From Octopus bimaculoides (taxonomy: Eukaryota): a stretch of DNA of 64,000 nt. The position numbers and the translations under genes are program-made. Positions within the stretch are counted from its first letter, which is position 1. The number at the start of each line of letters is the position of its first letter. The stretch covers positions 90,875,478 through 90,939,477 of the forward strand of contig NC_068985.1 of assembly GCF_001194135.2 (NCBI RefSeq), given 5' to 3'. The notes beneath the pieces were generated by a model. That model was not told where the DNA came from, did no database searches, and saw only the letters and a list, made by a program, of their open reading frames with translations. This document shows positions 1-12,912 of this stretch, piece after piece.

Positions 1-39
1 GATACGTTCGTGCTGCTGGTCGTGGTGAGAGGGATAACT

Positions 40-165
40 CCCTTGGCAAACAGGACACAGTCGTGTGTCGATAAGCCAGCTGGAGGAGATGTCCTCCTGG
101 GGCTAAAAGCAACAGTAACATCCACCCCTAGGGGTCAGCCACACTTAAGTGGCAATATACTACAC
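40..165 (+). repeat. Dispersed repeat 'D', same family as the right arm of the 3.5-3.75 kb foldback
   Basis: AGGACACAG..GTGTCG.TA.GCCAGCTGGAG..GAT.TC..CCTGGGGCTAAA aligns by eye with 3643-3696. Confidence 0.75.
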
Positions 166-2290
166 TTTATATATATATATATATATACATACACATTGCG
201 ATTTAAGATGTTTCAGTGCATTTGCGGGCAGAAGGAAAATTTGCAGCATGAAAATCTTCTGCATTTATGTGAATCCATACTCAAATTCTTTTATAAGAAA
301 AATGCATAATAATTTTTCACACTAACATTTGCATGTATATACACATATACCTGACATACATGTTTCCGTGTGCGACTGTGTTTGTGTCTCTTTGTGTGTA
401 TATACCTTCCTTGCATGTGTGCATATATGTGGCGATGTGTGTGTGCGTGTGTGTGTGTGCGTTTCCGCACGTGAGAGTATATGAGTGTGTGTCAGCGTCT
501 GTGTGTGTATTCGGTTGTGTTTATGTGTGTGTATATATGGGTATAGATTTACTTAATTCTATATACATATAAGCATGATGTATGTATTTTTATATCTTTT
601 CATGTATATATGTATGAATATTTTGATGTGGAAAATTCATGTAAAAATATGTTGTTTACGCTTCAGGTTTTGCAGAAGAATTTTTATACTTTTTTTTCTT
701 TTCTGTTAACTCCCAAATTTAACATTCAACGTGTGTATTTCTCTCTCTAGCCACGTAGGCCCCAAATAGATTTCAACTTCATATAACGAAAGGATTTCTC
801 CTTGGGCATTTTAAAACGTTATTTTATGTCACCGGGATATCACTTCTGTTTATTTAAGTCAGCCGCACACTTGATAAAAAAATAAATACCTAATTATATT
901 ATCTTTAAGGCATGCATATTCAATGTTATGCGACATAAATATCATCTCTTTCCATCAGGCTATAAGTCAACTAATATTTACTTTTTACTATACTGCTGAT
1001 GTAGCGAACTTTAAGTTTCAATATAAGTAAACAAGTTACAACAGATGTTTTACACTTCATATTAAAATTTATATCAATTTTATTTATACCGTATGTTACT
1101 TTATTTAGAAGTTATAATATTTTAACTTTCATTCACAAAGATATATTAAATATTTCAAGAACATCACTGTAAACATTTTACTTGGAAAATAACTGCACTA
1201 CATGTCAATTGAATGGAAGGAAAAAAACAAAAAGACAACAAAACAATTATACTGTACGTTAGAATACTAACATGCACATATACACTGCCGCATAAAATAT
1301 TCTAACTATAGTAATATAATTATTCCTCGAATTACTTTCATTACGAAGTGACTTGAATTCAGTTTAACTTGCGCAATTATCAGTGTAAATCGCAAATTGC
1401 TTTTATAACATGGATAATTAGTAATTTTCACTCAGACATTTGGCGTCACCCACAGACTTATCTGTTTTAGATACCCCCTTTAATTTTCAAGAAGCTATAG
1501 ATCATTTTTCATTCTCTCTAGATACAAATTTTAATATGTTGCTCATTTTCCTTGCTCTGATAATATTCTGGTTAACGATTCTACGATATACATTTTTTAA
1601 AAATGAGGATTTTTTCGCGTTATTATATTTTAGTTTCATTGCGTACAATCTACTCAGTAGGACACATTTGACAATTCTATTTATTTTCTCTTTACTTTTA
1701 GTCAGTAAATTGCAGCCAAGCTGGGTCATCAACTGCAAGCTGTTATTCGAACACATTGCATGCTTAATAGTATTTAAATTTTAGGATCCAGAGACGATTT
1801 TAAATCTAGGCTTACACTTGACGTAAATACGTAAATCAAAGTGTTACAATTTAAGAAATATATATTGAATATTGTTTTCAATGTATATTGAATCATTTTT
1901 ACATGCACCCATTAATAGTTTACATCTCTTCATCTTAATCATGTGTAATTCATAAGTTGCAGGATTCCAGACTTTACTTTCTAGTATCATTTTTCAGATT
2001 CTTACTGTTTTACTATTATCTTCTTCGTTAAAATATTATGGACTTATTTTTATCTCATTTTTTTTTTCTATTTTAAGGTGGAATAATGTTTTTGTTTTTA
2101 ATAGACTGTAACCAATAGCTCGGTCATAAACTTGAAACCATTGAATATAGCTATTCGACTGTCAGGTAATACAATAATAATTAAGTTATTCTTCTGGCCA
2201 CAAATATTATGAATTGAATACACATATATATATTGAAAACATAACCTGTGCTATGTGGAGACGTGTGAATCTGTAATATATGTGTACGGT

Positions 2291-2345
2291 AAAGGCGGTG
2301 CTCCAGCATGGCCACAGTCAAATGACTCAAACAAGTAAAAGAGTA
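2291..2345 (+). mobile_element. SINE family C, 3' tail only
   Basis: AAAGGCGGTGCTCCAGCATGGCCACAGTCAAATGACTCAAACAAGTAAAAGA matches the tails of the copies ending at ~16310 and ~32490. Confidence 0.8.
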
Positions 2346-3498
2346 AATGAGTACGGTTTGCAATCTTAATTTTTGAATGATAATATTCACGTGTAATTTG
2401 TTCAATATTAAAGACACTGTGTACTCAAAAAATTCATGCCTCACACCTGTAGCTCCACAGGTGTCTAATGAGCCTGACCGCTGATACACATTCACAGCCG
2501 CAGATATTTTAGAGCAAGCTTCCCCTATTTATTACAGTCGCAGTGCCTTTACGAAAAGCTCGCTTGAATACTGCATGAAAACGGTATTTTTCCGAAAACA
2601 CCCATTTTCCTTTTAATTGTTTCCTTCATTGGGGACAATGACATGCATTTCTTACCCATATTTAACATACTTTCTCACAGGACTATAAACAATCGTAGGT
2701 TTCATTTCTTTTGGGAGAATTTCTAGCAACATTTTCACCATATAGTGCGAATGCTGACGTTGCTACTTTTTTTCATCTGAGACATGGCTCCATTTACAAG
2801 TATCATTTAGGAGAGTGTGAATGCTTCTACCAAACGAACCTAAGCGGTACTCTGTATGTTGGGTGTTTTTTTACGGACGCCAGACACTGCTTTGTAGGGA
2901 GCCAATATACTGATCCTTAAAGCGATGGTGCACATCACCGTTTACGTTGGGCTGGAAATCATTCTCTTACACACACACACACACACACGCACACACACAC
3001 ACACACACACATACACACGCATACACACATGTATCAAGCCATGCAGGATTCTTCTGTCTCTTCCGTGTGTATCGGCGATCGGGTGTTGGTAAACGGCTCC
3101 CGCCATAATTGTTTTTTTTTAAGTCGAAAATATTTATTGATTAAGGCAATGGATGTTCTATTCTATTAGAAAGCTTTGTGAGAATTTATTAGTAACATCT
3201 TGGCGAAAGTTCTTAGTGGTCAGACAGCGAGAAAAGTATGCATACGTATAATTCTGAACATGTCTGCACCTCATTGATGATAGAACCATTAGTTTACCAA
3301 AAAATATGGTTTGGTGTATTTCATTCGGCACCTCACAATTTGTGTTCACATCACGACAGCATCACCTTTTCATTTCATCTTTCCAGGGACGAGAAAACAA
3401 AGACTAATTCACCCTTTGCGGCCTATAGTATTAAGTAGCACTTACAAAATTACTATTTTTAAAGCTCACAACGAGAGATATTCAGCACCAGTACTTTG

Positions 3499-3757
3499 TA
3501 GCAAAGATTGTTTGCCAACATAACATGGACGAAAGTTGCTGAAATTTAGCACCAGGAGTCATTGTCTCCGGCTGGCTATACGACACGATCTGAGTCCTTA
3601 TATTTTTAAACAAGTTGCTAGATTCCCTTGTTCGAAAATGTAAGGACACAGATCGTGTCGTATAGCCAGCTGGAGAGGATATCTCCTGGGGCTAAATTAC
3701 AGCAACATTCGTCCTAAACCAGGACTGCCATGTTATGTTGGCAAATAATATTTACTA
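3499..3757. repeat. Long foldback inverted repeat built from repeat D
   Basis: Left arm 3499-3614 is the reverse complement of right arm 3627-3757: 101/116 matches by manual alignment, one 15-nt indel, 12-nt loop TTGCTAGATTCC. Confidence 0.92.
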
Positions 3758-4077
3758 GTATGTAATGCTTGTTCAACAATTTCTGGCTGTCTGGAAGAAT
3801 GAATACCAATAATGATTAATCAGGTTATTGTTACGTTTAGCCCAAATATGGTATGTATTAAGCTAAGTTTCTCTCAGTTATTTCTTAAGTCACAGCCTCG
3901 AATAGGAGCATCTAAGAATCTATTATTACATGTGATTTTTTCTTACTAATACTTGTGCGATGTAAATTATATATTTTATGTTAAGTTTAGCAAGTTTAAT
4001 AAACACGTACATATTACTCTTCGAACGAAGACGGAACGTTTTTGAGAGAAAATTATTCAGGCTTAATTATTGGTTTA

Positions 4078-4228
4078 CAATTTCGGAGAAGGTCGATTAC
4101 ATTGACCATAGTGACTGGCTGGAACTTATTAATTCCATCGTGAAACGATAAAAAAGACAAGTCGGCTTCAGCAGATTACGCTAATCATTTTGTCCGGCGA
4201 GCTAACGATTCGGTAACGACGCCACCTT
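4078..4228 (-). mobile_element. SINE family B, degenerate copy
   Basis: Reverse complement reads AAGGTGGCG..GAATCGTTAGCTCGCCGGACAAAATGATTAGCG...GGTCAATGTAATCGACC, matching the family B head and 3' part. Confidence 0.65.
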
Positions 4229-4390
4229 ATTCTGAATTATGTATTAATTCGTCATGTTTTAATATATTATGAGTTGTATAATTAGATTGCATGGAACTGA
4301 TGCGAAAAGCTGCACTTAAGTGTATGACTTAGCACTTGTTTTCCTTTACCAGTTGCGTTTTATAAATACAAGGTATTGAATCATAGCGAA

Positions 4391-4680
4391 AGCGCGTGTT
4401 TAGTAGTTACGATATTCGATTAACAACCCTAATGTCACGAGTTCGATTCCCGGCCGCACGTTACGCCTTGAGGAAGACAATTTATTTCACGTTTCTCCAG
4501 TTCACTCCATTGAAAAAAATGAGAAGGGCCAAACTTGTCACACTCTATATCACGCAGAATCTCACCAGGGAATTACATTAAGATTATACGTGTCTGTGGA
4601 GTGCTCATCCACATGCACCTTAATTTCACGACGAAGATGTTCTGTTGATCGGATCAACTTGAACCGATGTTGTCGTAGGT
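4391..4680 (+). mobile_element. tRNA-derived SINE with a different head/body but the family A 3' half
   Basis: B-box GAGTTCGATTCCC at ~4439 and a CCTTGAG.AAGACA body. From ~4525 it has AAGGGCCAAACTTGTCACACT...CGTGTCTGTGGAGTGCTCA...TTAATTTCACGA...GTTGATCGGATCAAC, shared with family A. Confidence 0.7.
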
Positions 4681-5767
4681 CATGAGGTCCCACTAATGAC
4701 TTATAAGACAGTATCAACAGATTTCAACTCATGTTGCAGCAAGGTATTATGGACAGTAACTATTTTTGAAACTACAAGAAGGCATGTTTACTACCTATAT
4801 TATATTCAGTCAACAAGTGAAAGCACGTTAAATTTTTAGCACTGTTTCAAAAAGAGCGTTAGGTAAATGAAGACATAATTGTAATTAGGCAGTTAGGTAT
4901 TCATATACGTTATCATCGGCAGAGCATCAACGGTTAAAACAGTTTCAATATTTTGAGTGTCTATATTTTTGAGTTTGATATAATACATAATTTCCAAACA
5001 TATTTCCCGTTTGGAATAAAAATGTATTTCTACGAAAGATTTCATGCATCCATTTGAACACTAATTTCATATATAATTCTTTCCGTGTATAAGACCAGAT
5101 TTTCTAATTCTCTGTCTATCCGTACATTTTTACTTAAGCGTAAGCTCTGGAAAAACTATTAATTCTTTTTAGATTATAATAATGCAGGTTTAGTAAGACA
5201 TTTTAACAAATTCCTTCAGAAATCGTGGTAGAATAATGTAAGAAATTCTATGTCTATAAATCCGTTTCTAAATCTGCATCAAATATATAGTGAAATTCCT
5301 TCTTATAATTCTGCAAAATATACAAAATGGTATCAGACATACAGGCACGTTTTGGATTTCCAAAATGTTCTCGTCCATTTAGTTCAAGTAACAAAACGTG
5401 ATTTTTAATGTGCATCAAGATTACAATTCATAAAAAATAGTGATCAAAGACACAAATCTGACAACGGCAATTAGAAAATCAGCGCCAAAATTGCAAGAAT
5501 ACAATAAATATAAATTCAAACCGAATCACACAAATAATAACACACACATACACTCACAGAAACACATGAATTAAAACGTCCGAGAGAACGTTAAACAAAA
5601 CTAGACGTAGGATAAAATTAAATGACAAAGTGCAGTTATATTTGTATTGCAATTATTAAAATTATTCCAGTGTACACAAGGACATACCGGTTTCACTACG
5701 AGTAGTATATAAACAGCATATACATTTCTAAAAATATTTGCTGTTACACGTATATCATGAATAGTCA

Positions 5768-5930
5768 TTGCATGAGTGACTGTGTGGTAAGAAGCTAGAA
5801 TCACAGCCACTTGATTCCGGTTCAGTTTCACTCCGTGGCACCTTGAGCAAGTGTCTTCCACTATTGCCTCGGACCGACCAAAGACTTTTGAGTGGATGTG
5901 GCAGACGGAAACTGAGAGACGTCAGTTGTA
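5768..5930 (+). mobile_element. SINE family C, 5' half (tRNA head + CORE-like domain)
   Basis: GTGTGGTAAG A-box region, GGTTCAGTTTC B-box, GTGGCACCTTGAGCAAGTGTCTTC (MIR/CORE-like), GACGGAAACTGA. Confidence 0.85.
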
Positions 5931-5969
5931 TACATACACAGACACACACTCACACAAACACAGACGCAC

Positions 5970-5970
<1 letters not shown>

Positions 5971-6034
<64 letters not shown>

Positions 6035-6044
6035 ATAGTAGTAG
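5971..6044. repeat. (GTA)n microsatellite
   Basis: Direct inspection. Confidence 0.97.
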
Positions 6045-7578
6045 CATCAGCAATGGTGGTGGTGGTAAAACTATTGTTATTTATGGTATTATTGTTACAT
6101 TTCATATCCTATTCTATTTATTATCAAAATTTAAATGTGTTTATTTTTTATTGTGTCTAATAAATAAACTTTCTTTGGGAATGAAATTTGTATTATTTTT
6201 GTCTGCTGATGTAATATTATGATAAGCGGTCTTACAGTGAAATGTTTACACCGGAAACAATTGTCACTAATTTACTTTGATACTTCACTATGGTTTCAAG
6301 CAAAACATGCGATAAGTATATAGGAAACTGAAGCATTGAAATGACATCAAGCTATCATCACCGGAGGTGAACTTTCAATTTGAAATGACAATGGAATTGA
6401 GAAACAAAAACATGTCGAAGTGTATATTGCCAAAACAAAAACAACACCATCCGCTAACCATTTCTTGTCATCCTTATATCTGCCAATCTTCCTGAAATAT
6501 TGACCTTTCATTTATCGACGCCATTAACATAGAGTGTGCATTAAGCCAGGAAGCAATCGATAGTTATTGCAGACGAGAATCGAAACACTGGTGTAACACT
6601 TCGTTTGTTTCGACGAAAACATTGAGCAGACAAATAATTTACAAACGCCGTAACACAGTGTTGTTAGAAGGCCTATTGATACGTAATATATTAAATTACA
6701 GCAACATAACACAACATTGTGAATACACATGTAATTCAGTTTTCTAGCATCCCAGAAAAGTGTTTAAATATGAAAAAAATAAATATGCAGTTCAGTCATA
6801 TATCCTATATATTTGGGATTTAAGCAAAATTGTGAGTAGTCTACAATGACACAGTTGGTGATACCGATTCTATTAGGAATCAAAGCCGGTGCCCAGCTCA
6901 TAATTCTCTTTCTCTCTCAACGAATTTAGAGTACAAGCCAATGTTACAATCACTGAAACAGCGTGTTAGCTGAAAATAACATATCAATAGTTTGCATAGT
7001 TTATTACAGCAATGATGAAAATACTGGTATTACAAGGAATATAATAACGTAGCAACTAACATGTTATAACAATAATTTCTGTCTTTTCCGAAAAGTTTTA
7101 CGAATTTGTTTTCAGCACAGAGGAAATCATTCTACTATACAAAAATCATTTATTAATTTTTTGAAATTAAAATTTTACATTTGCTATAAATTTTTCGAAT
7201 TTTTTTTTTTTGGTCATAATTCCATGGGCCTTGATTCACAGTTCCATGAATAATAAGTCGCCACGCATAATGACTAAATAATCGAAATACATTGATTGCG
7301 CAAATGTCAGAAATGGGTTTCAAAACTTTCTTCAAACCATTCGATAAATATGTTGGAAAGCGTATTGAGCGAACTTCATTTACTGAAAAAACATAGTCAT
7401 CGTAAAATAAATTGATCAAACGACAAATCAATAAAAAAATTATTTGGCGGATACATCATACAAATTTTAGTATCTTCGAAAACAAAATTGCAATATGCTG
7501 GGATTTATTTATATCCCACATCATAAAATGCCAAATTTCTATTATTTCAAAAGTTATATTTAAATCAGAATTAATATT

Positions 7579-8315
7579 GCAATCCCTGAATCAAAATCAG
7601 TGCGTGAGCTGTGTATCGACCTGAGTAATGATGGATCTTTACCTGTACGTATTACTAATTCGGCAACAAAATGCAGACGTTTTCACGGATGGATCCTTCG
7701 AACTTTCAAAAGGAGAGAACAGAGATCCATGATGGTCCTCAACCGTCTAGATTACTGCTCCCAACTGTAGTCACTTGTGTAAAATTAACGACGGACGCGA
7801 GGTGAGCCATCAAAGCAACACCAATAATATTTTCTCAATGTGACATGTCAGCTACTGGAAGAGATTGAAACACTTAACACTCTACACCCTAGAACGAAGG
7901 CGGGAAACATACGCAGTAGTTTACCTCTGGATAATCCTAGTAGAAATTGTACCAATAATTTAGCCTTGTCTGTTACTCAAATAGCAGGACGGGGCGCCAC
8001 TGCATAGTACCTAAAATTCCAACATTGTCATCCAGATTAAAGAAAGAGATTCTGCAGCAGCTCGGGATCCAAGGGTCCACAGCACTTCAATAGCCTCCCA
8101 TAAAGCCAAAGAGACCTACACGGGTGACTGTAAGCGTCTTTACAACGAAACTGGATCTCTTGTCAAGAGTTATCGAGGCAAGAAACACAGATGTGGGCCT
8201 CTTTCACCAAATGCCACACATTGGCGGAGGTTTAGTGATAGTGTAGCAAAGCAAACGGTGGTGTTCCAGCAAGACTGTGGCCCACGGACTGAGATTAGGA
8301 AAAAAAAAGTAAACA
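7579..8315 (+). mobile_element. Decayed 3' end of a CR1/L2-group LINE (ORF2 C-terminal region + 3' UTR)
   Basis: Translations: AIPESKSVRELCIDLSNDGSLPVRITNSATKCRRFHGWILRTFKRREQRSMMVLNRLDYCSQL*; from 7850 SYWKRLKHLTLYTLERRRETYAVVYLWIILVEIVP; then GRHCIVPKIP, KGPQHFNSLP*, FTTKLDLL. These match the post-RT motifs (V.DLG, GWILRTF, LDYCS, L.LYSLERRR, GP.LFN.LP, F...LD) of CR1/L2-type LINEs. Stops and frameshifts are present. Confidence 0.85.
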
Positions 8316-11153
8316 ATACAATAAACACATTTCACGTAAAGTTTTGGAAGTGTTCCATAAATAATGTATTTGTTCTCAACACGAAAACGCAATGGCTCTG
8401 CAGGAAAGTGTAATGTCATACGCCTTTATTAGATCGGGGATTACACTCTACAGTGGCCATTGTCTCACTGTCATCATTAACAAACTGATGACGGATTTAC
8501 TAATTCAAACATCGGCCGGATAAAATCGACNNNNNNNNNNNNNNNNNNNNNNNNNNNNNNNNNNNNNNNNNNNNNNNNNNNNNNNNNNNNNNNNNNNNNN
8601 NNNNNNNNNNNNNNNNNNNNNNNNNNNNNNNNNNNNNNNNNNNNNNNNNNNNNNNNNNNNNNNNNNNNNNNNNNNNNNNNNNNNNNNNNNNNNNNNNNAT
8701 ATAACTGACAGTATACTTCTTAGATATATAAAGCTGTTCACATAATGAAACTCACTCTAAATTGTTTTAAAATACTTTTTCCGAAATTATGTTATTTTGT
8801 ATTTATTTAGATAAGTATGTTCTGATACTCATGTAGCGTAAAATAGGCTAAACATATATTTCAATTTTGGAATATTTTCTTTTACGTTAATTTTATTTTT
8901 TCGACATTGACTTTCAGTAGGTTACAAAAGAGAAAAAAATAGTCGAGATATATATTTTGTTTTCATGAGATATCGTGGAAATTTCCAGACATTTTAGCTA
9001 TCACGTGCAACCATCTTTCAATTGGTAAGGGCGACCATGCTTCATTACGTATTTGAGATGGTTATATTGTCTACGGGAGACATTAATAGCTTCTGGGCGC
9101 TTCGTTACCTGACACACCAGAGCATAGATCATGTGATAGCTTCATGTGATAGTTTAGATGGCCAGTAAATTGGCTGGTTATGATTTTCAGCTGACTAAAT
9201 GAGAGAACCATGAAAATACATGCTTTGCTTCAATAAACCTGCAAAATGATTCCGGTTCCAAGAATTGACGTGGTTTTATGATTGCCAACTCATTATAAAC
9301 AAGCCTGCGGAATTTCCGCATTAAATACCGAATGTGTAGTAAATAATGCTGAGTTAGGTTGTGTAGAAATTGTTCTACTTTTTTTTTTAGTTTAAAATTA
9401 AATTTAACTGAAGAAGACTTAGCTTAATTTATTCTAAATATTAATTATTCAAAAAATTAAAAATATTATACGTTAGTGTAAAGAAGTTATAATTTAGAAT
9501 ATATAGTTTATAAGGCGTAAAAATGTAAATAACTCGAAATGTGTCAACATGATAATCCAATGATAATTTGTTGCATATTGAAGATATGTGCTTCGTTATT
9601 TTGGTAAGCCTACAGCTGTGTGTGTATAGTAATTCTGTCAAGTTACTAACAGGATTGAATAATCAGTTCGGAGAAAATCGAAGGAGTTCAGAAATGCGGT
9701 TAAGGAGGTGTGTGTTATGAAATTTAAGAAGTGTTAAAACTATAAGATTGCTGTAGATGTAGCTGGAAAGACTAAAGTCCATTTACCCTATTATGCTGGC
9801 TACTTTATGGTGTTGCAAATTGTTTCCAAAACTGAGCAGAATATTATTAACGATGAAGACTATAGCATTTAACATTGGTAACTACCAAATACTGTTGAGA
9901 AATCGCCAAACTGAATTTTGCAATCGAAGCATATATTCTCCAACCATTCAATAACATATTTAACACTTAAGTTAAACATATGTCCCCAGGCTATTCTAAG
10001 CATTTTATTGATAAAAATGTTCTACAAGTTTTATTTAGTTACTACACTGATATCTTGAAAGGTAATGATAATCTCGATAAAATACAGGAAAAGAGCACAA
10101 AAGTAAACAAGACTCATTGAAAAACATCGTCAGCTATTTAATATAACTCATATTTACTCTATAATTATCAACGATTTTTTTTCAAAACAACACAAAAATA
10201 CATAAATTCATACCATTAAGACGTATATTCTGAAAGGTCTTGATGCAATAAAATAAATATTCTTGTCCATTTTAAGAAAATGTAGTAAATACTATCACAG
10301 CTAAAATATACGACTTGCACATGCGCGAACGCATATAGCTGGCATACAAGTCGGTACCGGTACGGCGTTTTGTGTATTACGTGTCTATAGAAAGGAACTC
10401 TTTCTGTATAACATATATTCACCACACAGTTTGCAAACACAACTTTTCTGGGGATATAAGCGGTAATATATTGATTACAACCGAAAACAAAAGATTTTCA
10501 ATAAAAAGAAACAATATCTTACACTGAGAATGACGGACAACAATATAAAATAAAAATATGTAGAAGCACACCTCACCTTCAATCTAATAAATTCATACTC
10601 GCACGCGCACACCGACATATAGAACATACACGCGCACAGACACAGATACGTATATATATATATATATAAGCAAGTATACTCACACCTTCAAAGGCTTATA
10701 TTTGAGAATTGATTTCACTCTTTGAATAACAATTATATTCATTACATTTCAAAGAAATATTCAACGTAATGTTTATTACATTTCAATAGTGATCAATACA
10801 TCACTCAGCCAGTAAAACAAGACTTTTCTAGTAACAAGTCACTATGCAAAATTGCATTTCTAAAAGTTCTGACAAATCTATTTGAGAGCGCTCTCACCCA
10901 TTGAAACATCAGGCTCTGTAATTGTATCAGTATGTTTAGTTACTTACAAATACAACGTTTATGGAAATAATGTTGATACATTGAAAACATTCGTAATTTT
11001 TCAACTCATAACATTTCATTGTTTCAATTAGCAATCAAGGCGCCCAGTTAGCCTGTAATTTTAAGCACTCAAAGTACCGTCATTAAAATAGACCCCAATT
11101 TTTTTCCACTATCTGGTCAAGATGTTCTAAGGAATATTGAATATATATATATA

Positions 11154-11305
11154 TCACCATGCTAGATGGCTAACCACTAAACGCTCTTTTATTTTGTCTC
11201 CCTCTTTATTTCTGTGTTCTTTTCTGTTAAGAGCGTAGGGTCGGAACGCATAAGACTTTCTCACTTCCCGAGCGTTAAACAAATACATCTGCTTGTTGTT
11301 TACAC
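11154..11305 (+). mobile_element. Repeat H2 (Penelope-like terminal repeat with degenerate hammerhead-like motif)
   Basis: TTTCTGTTAAGAGCGTAGGGTCGGAACGCATAAGACTTTCTCACTTCCCGAGCGTTAAAC.AATACATCTGCTTGTTGTTTACAC; homologous to 15756-15985(-) and 24255-24420(+). Confidence 0.65.
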
Positions 11306-12872
11306 ATTTACATATATTTATATACGCATACATGTGTATCCTTGTGTGTATAATATATATGTGTGAGTGACAGTATATGCGCTCGCATGTAGTCATGTGT
11401 ATATTAATTACATTTTATATATTTTATGTACAATGCAACTTAATATATCTACATTTCATGCGCATAAACGCGAGCGCACACACACACTCACACACCAACA
11501 CACACACTTAAACCCATATATATATATATATATATATATANNNNNNNNNNNNNNNNNNNNNNNNNNNNNNNNNNNNNNNNNNNNNNNNNNNNNNNNNNNN
11601 NNNNNNNNNNNNNNNNNNNNNNNNNNNNNNNNNNNNNNNNNNNNNNNNNNNNNNNNNNNNNNNNNNNNNNNNNNNNNNNNNNNNNNNNNNNNNNNNNNNN
11701 NNNNNNNNNNNNNNNNNNNNNNNNNNNNNNNNNNNNNNNNNNNNNNNNNNNNNNNNNNNNNTATACATATATATATATATATATTGTAGAAAGCTGGAGA
11801 TGAAGTGTTAGAGACAGCGATGTCAGCGAGTATTTTTTCCAGTAATTTCCAAACACTTTTGCTATAAAAAATAGACTGGCAGGTAATGCTTCTGTATGAA
11901 GACATAAAATACGTCAAACGATAAAAATTAACAGTCATCATTCTTTCTTCATTGTCAGAAATTTCTGCAAGATCAATTGCTTTCTACTTCATTTCTCACC
12001 ATCGCCGATTACTATCATTGATTGCTTATCATTTTACAATCTCTCAATCTTTAAGAGGTTTTTGTTACATTAATGTCATATAATGTTATCAAATTTATCG
12101 ATTATCTCTTTGTCCTTTTTAGTGTATTCCTACATTACGTAAAGTTTTTCTTGTTAAGATATATTCACAAGTCCTTTCCAAGTAATAAATCATTAATATG
12201 GACATCACTTTCGAGATATGTATCAAAATAACGCAACAAAACCGAGAGATAAGCTTTAAAGCTGAAAAATTACGGCTAATATTTTGAATATATCGATTAC
12301 CTTCTGAATTAAATTTGAATGTAGATGACGGACACTGATGTATACTATATATGTTTGCGTATATGTTTATATATGTACATTTAAGGACGTATGTATAATA
12401 TGTGCCTATATATATATATATNNNNNNNNNNNNNNNNNNNNNNNNNNNNNNNNNNNNNNNNNNNNNNNNNNNNNNNNNNNNNNNNNNNNNNNNNNNNNNN
12501 NNNNNNNNNNNNNNNNNNNNNNNNNNNNNNNNNNNNNNNNNNNNNNNNNNNNNNNNNNNNNNNNNNNNNNNNNNNNNNNNNNNNNNNNNNNNNNNNNNNN
12601 NNNNNNNNNNNNNNNNNNNNNNNNNNNNNNNNNNNNNNNNNNNNNNNNNNNNNNNNNNNNNNNNNNNNNNNNNNNNNNNNNNNNNNNNNNNNNNNNATAT
12701 ATATATATATATACACACATATAGCATACATAGCCAAAGGCGTTTATATATGCATACACACGATCAAGACATTTGTGAATTCATATATATATATATATAT
12801 AAACACATATGTGTTTACACGCACACAACCGCACACGCACATATGACCAACATATATAGAGATGTATGACCC

Positions 12873-12912
<40 letters not shown>

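Noticed and set aside
1440-1784. 114-aa hydrophobic ORF
   Set aside because: The hydrophobicity reflects T-richness; no domain, non-ATG start and no splice support.
10311-10405. Small hairpins plus GTACCGGTAC palindrome
   Set aside because: All stems are 7 bp or less and there is no recognisable RNA family.
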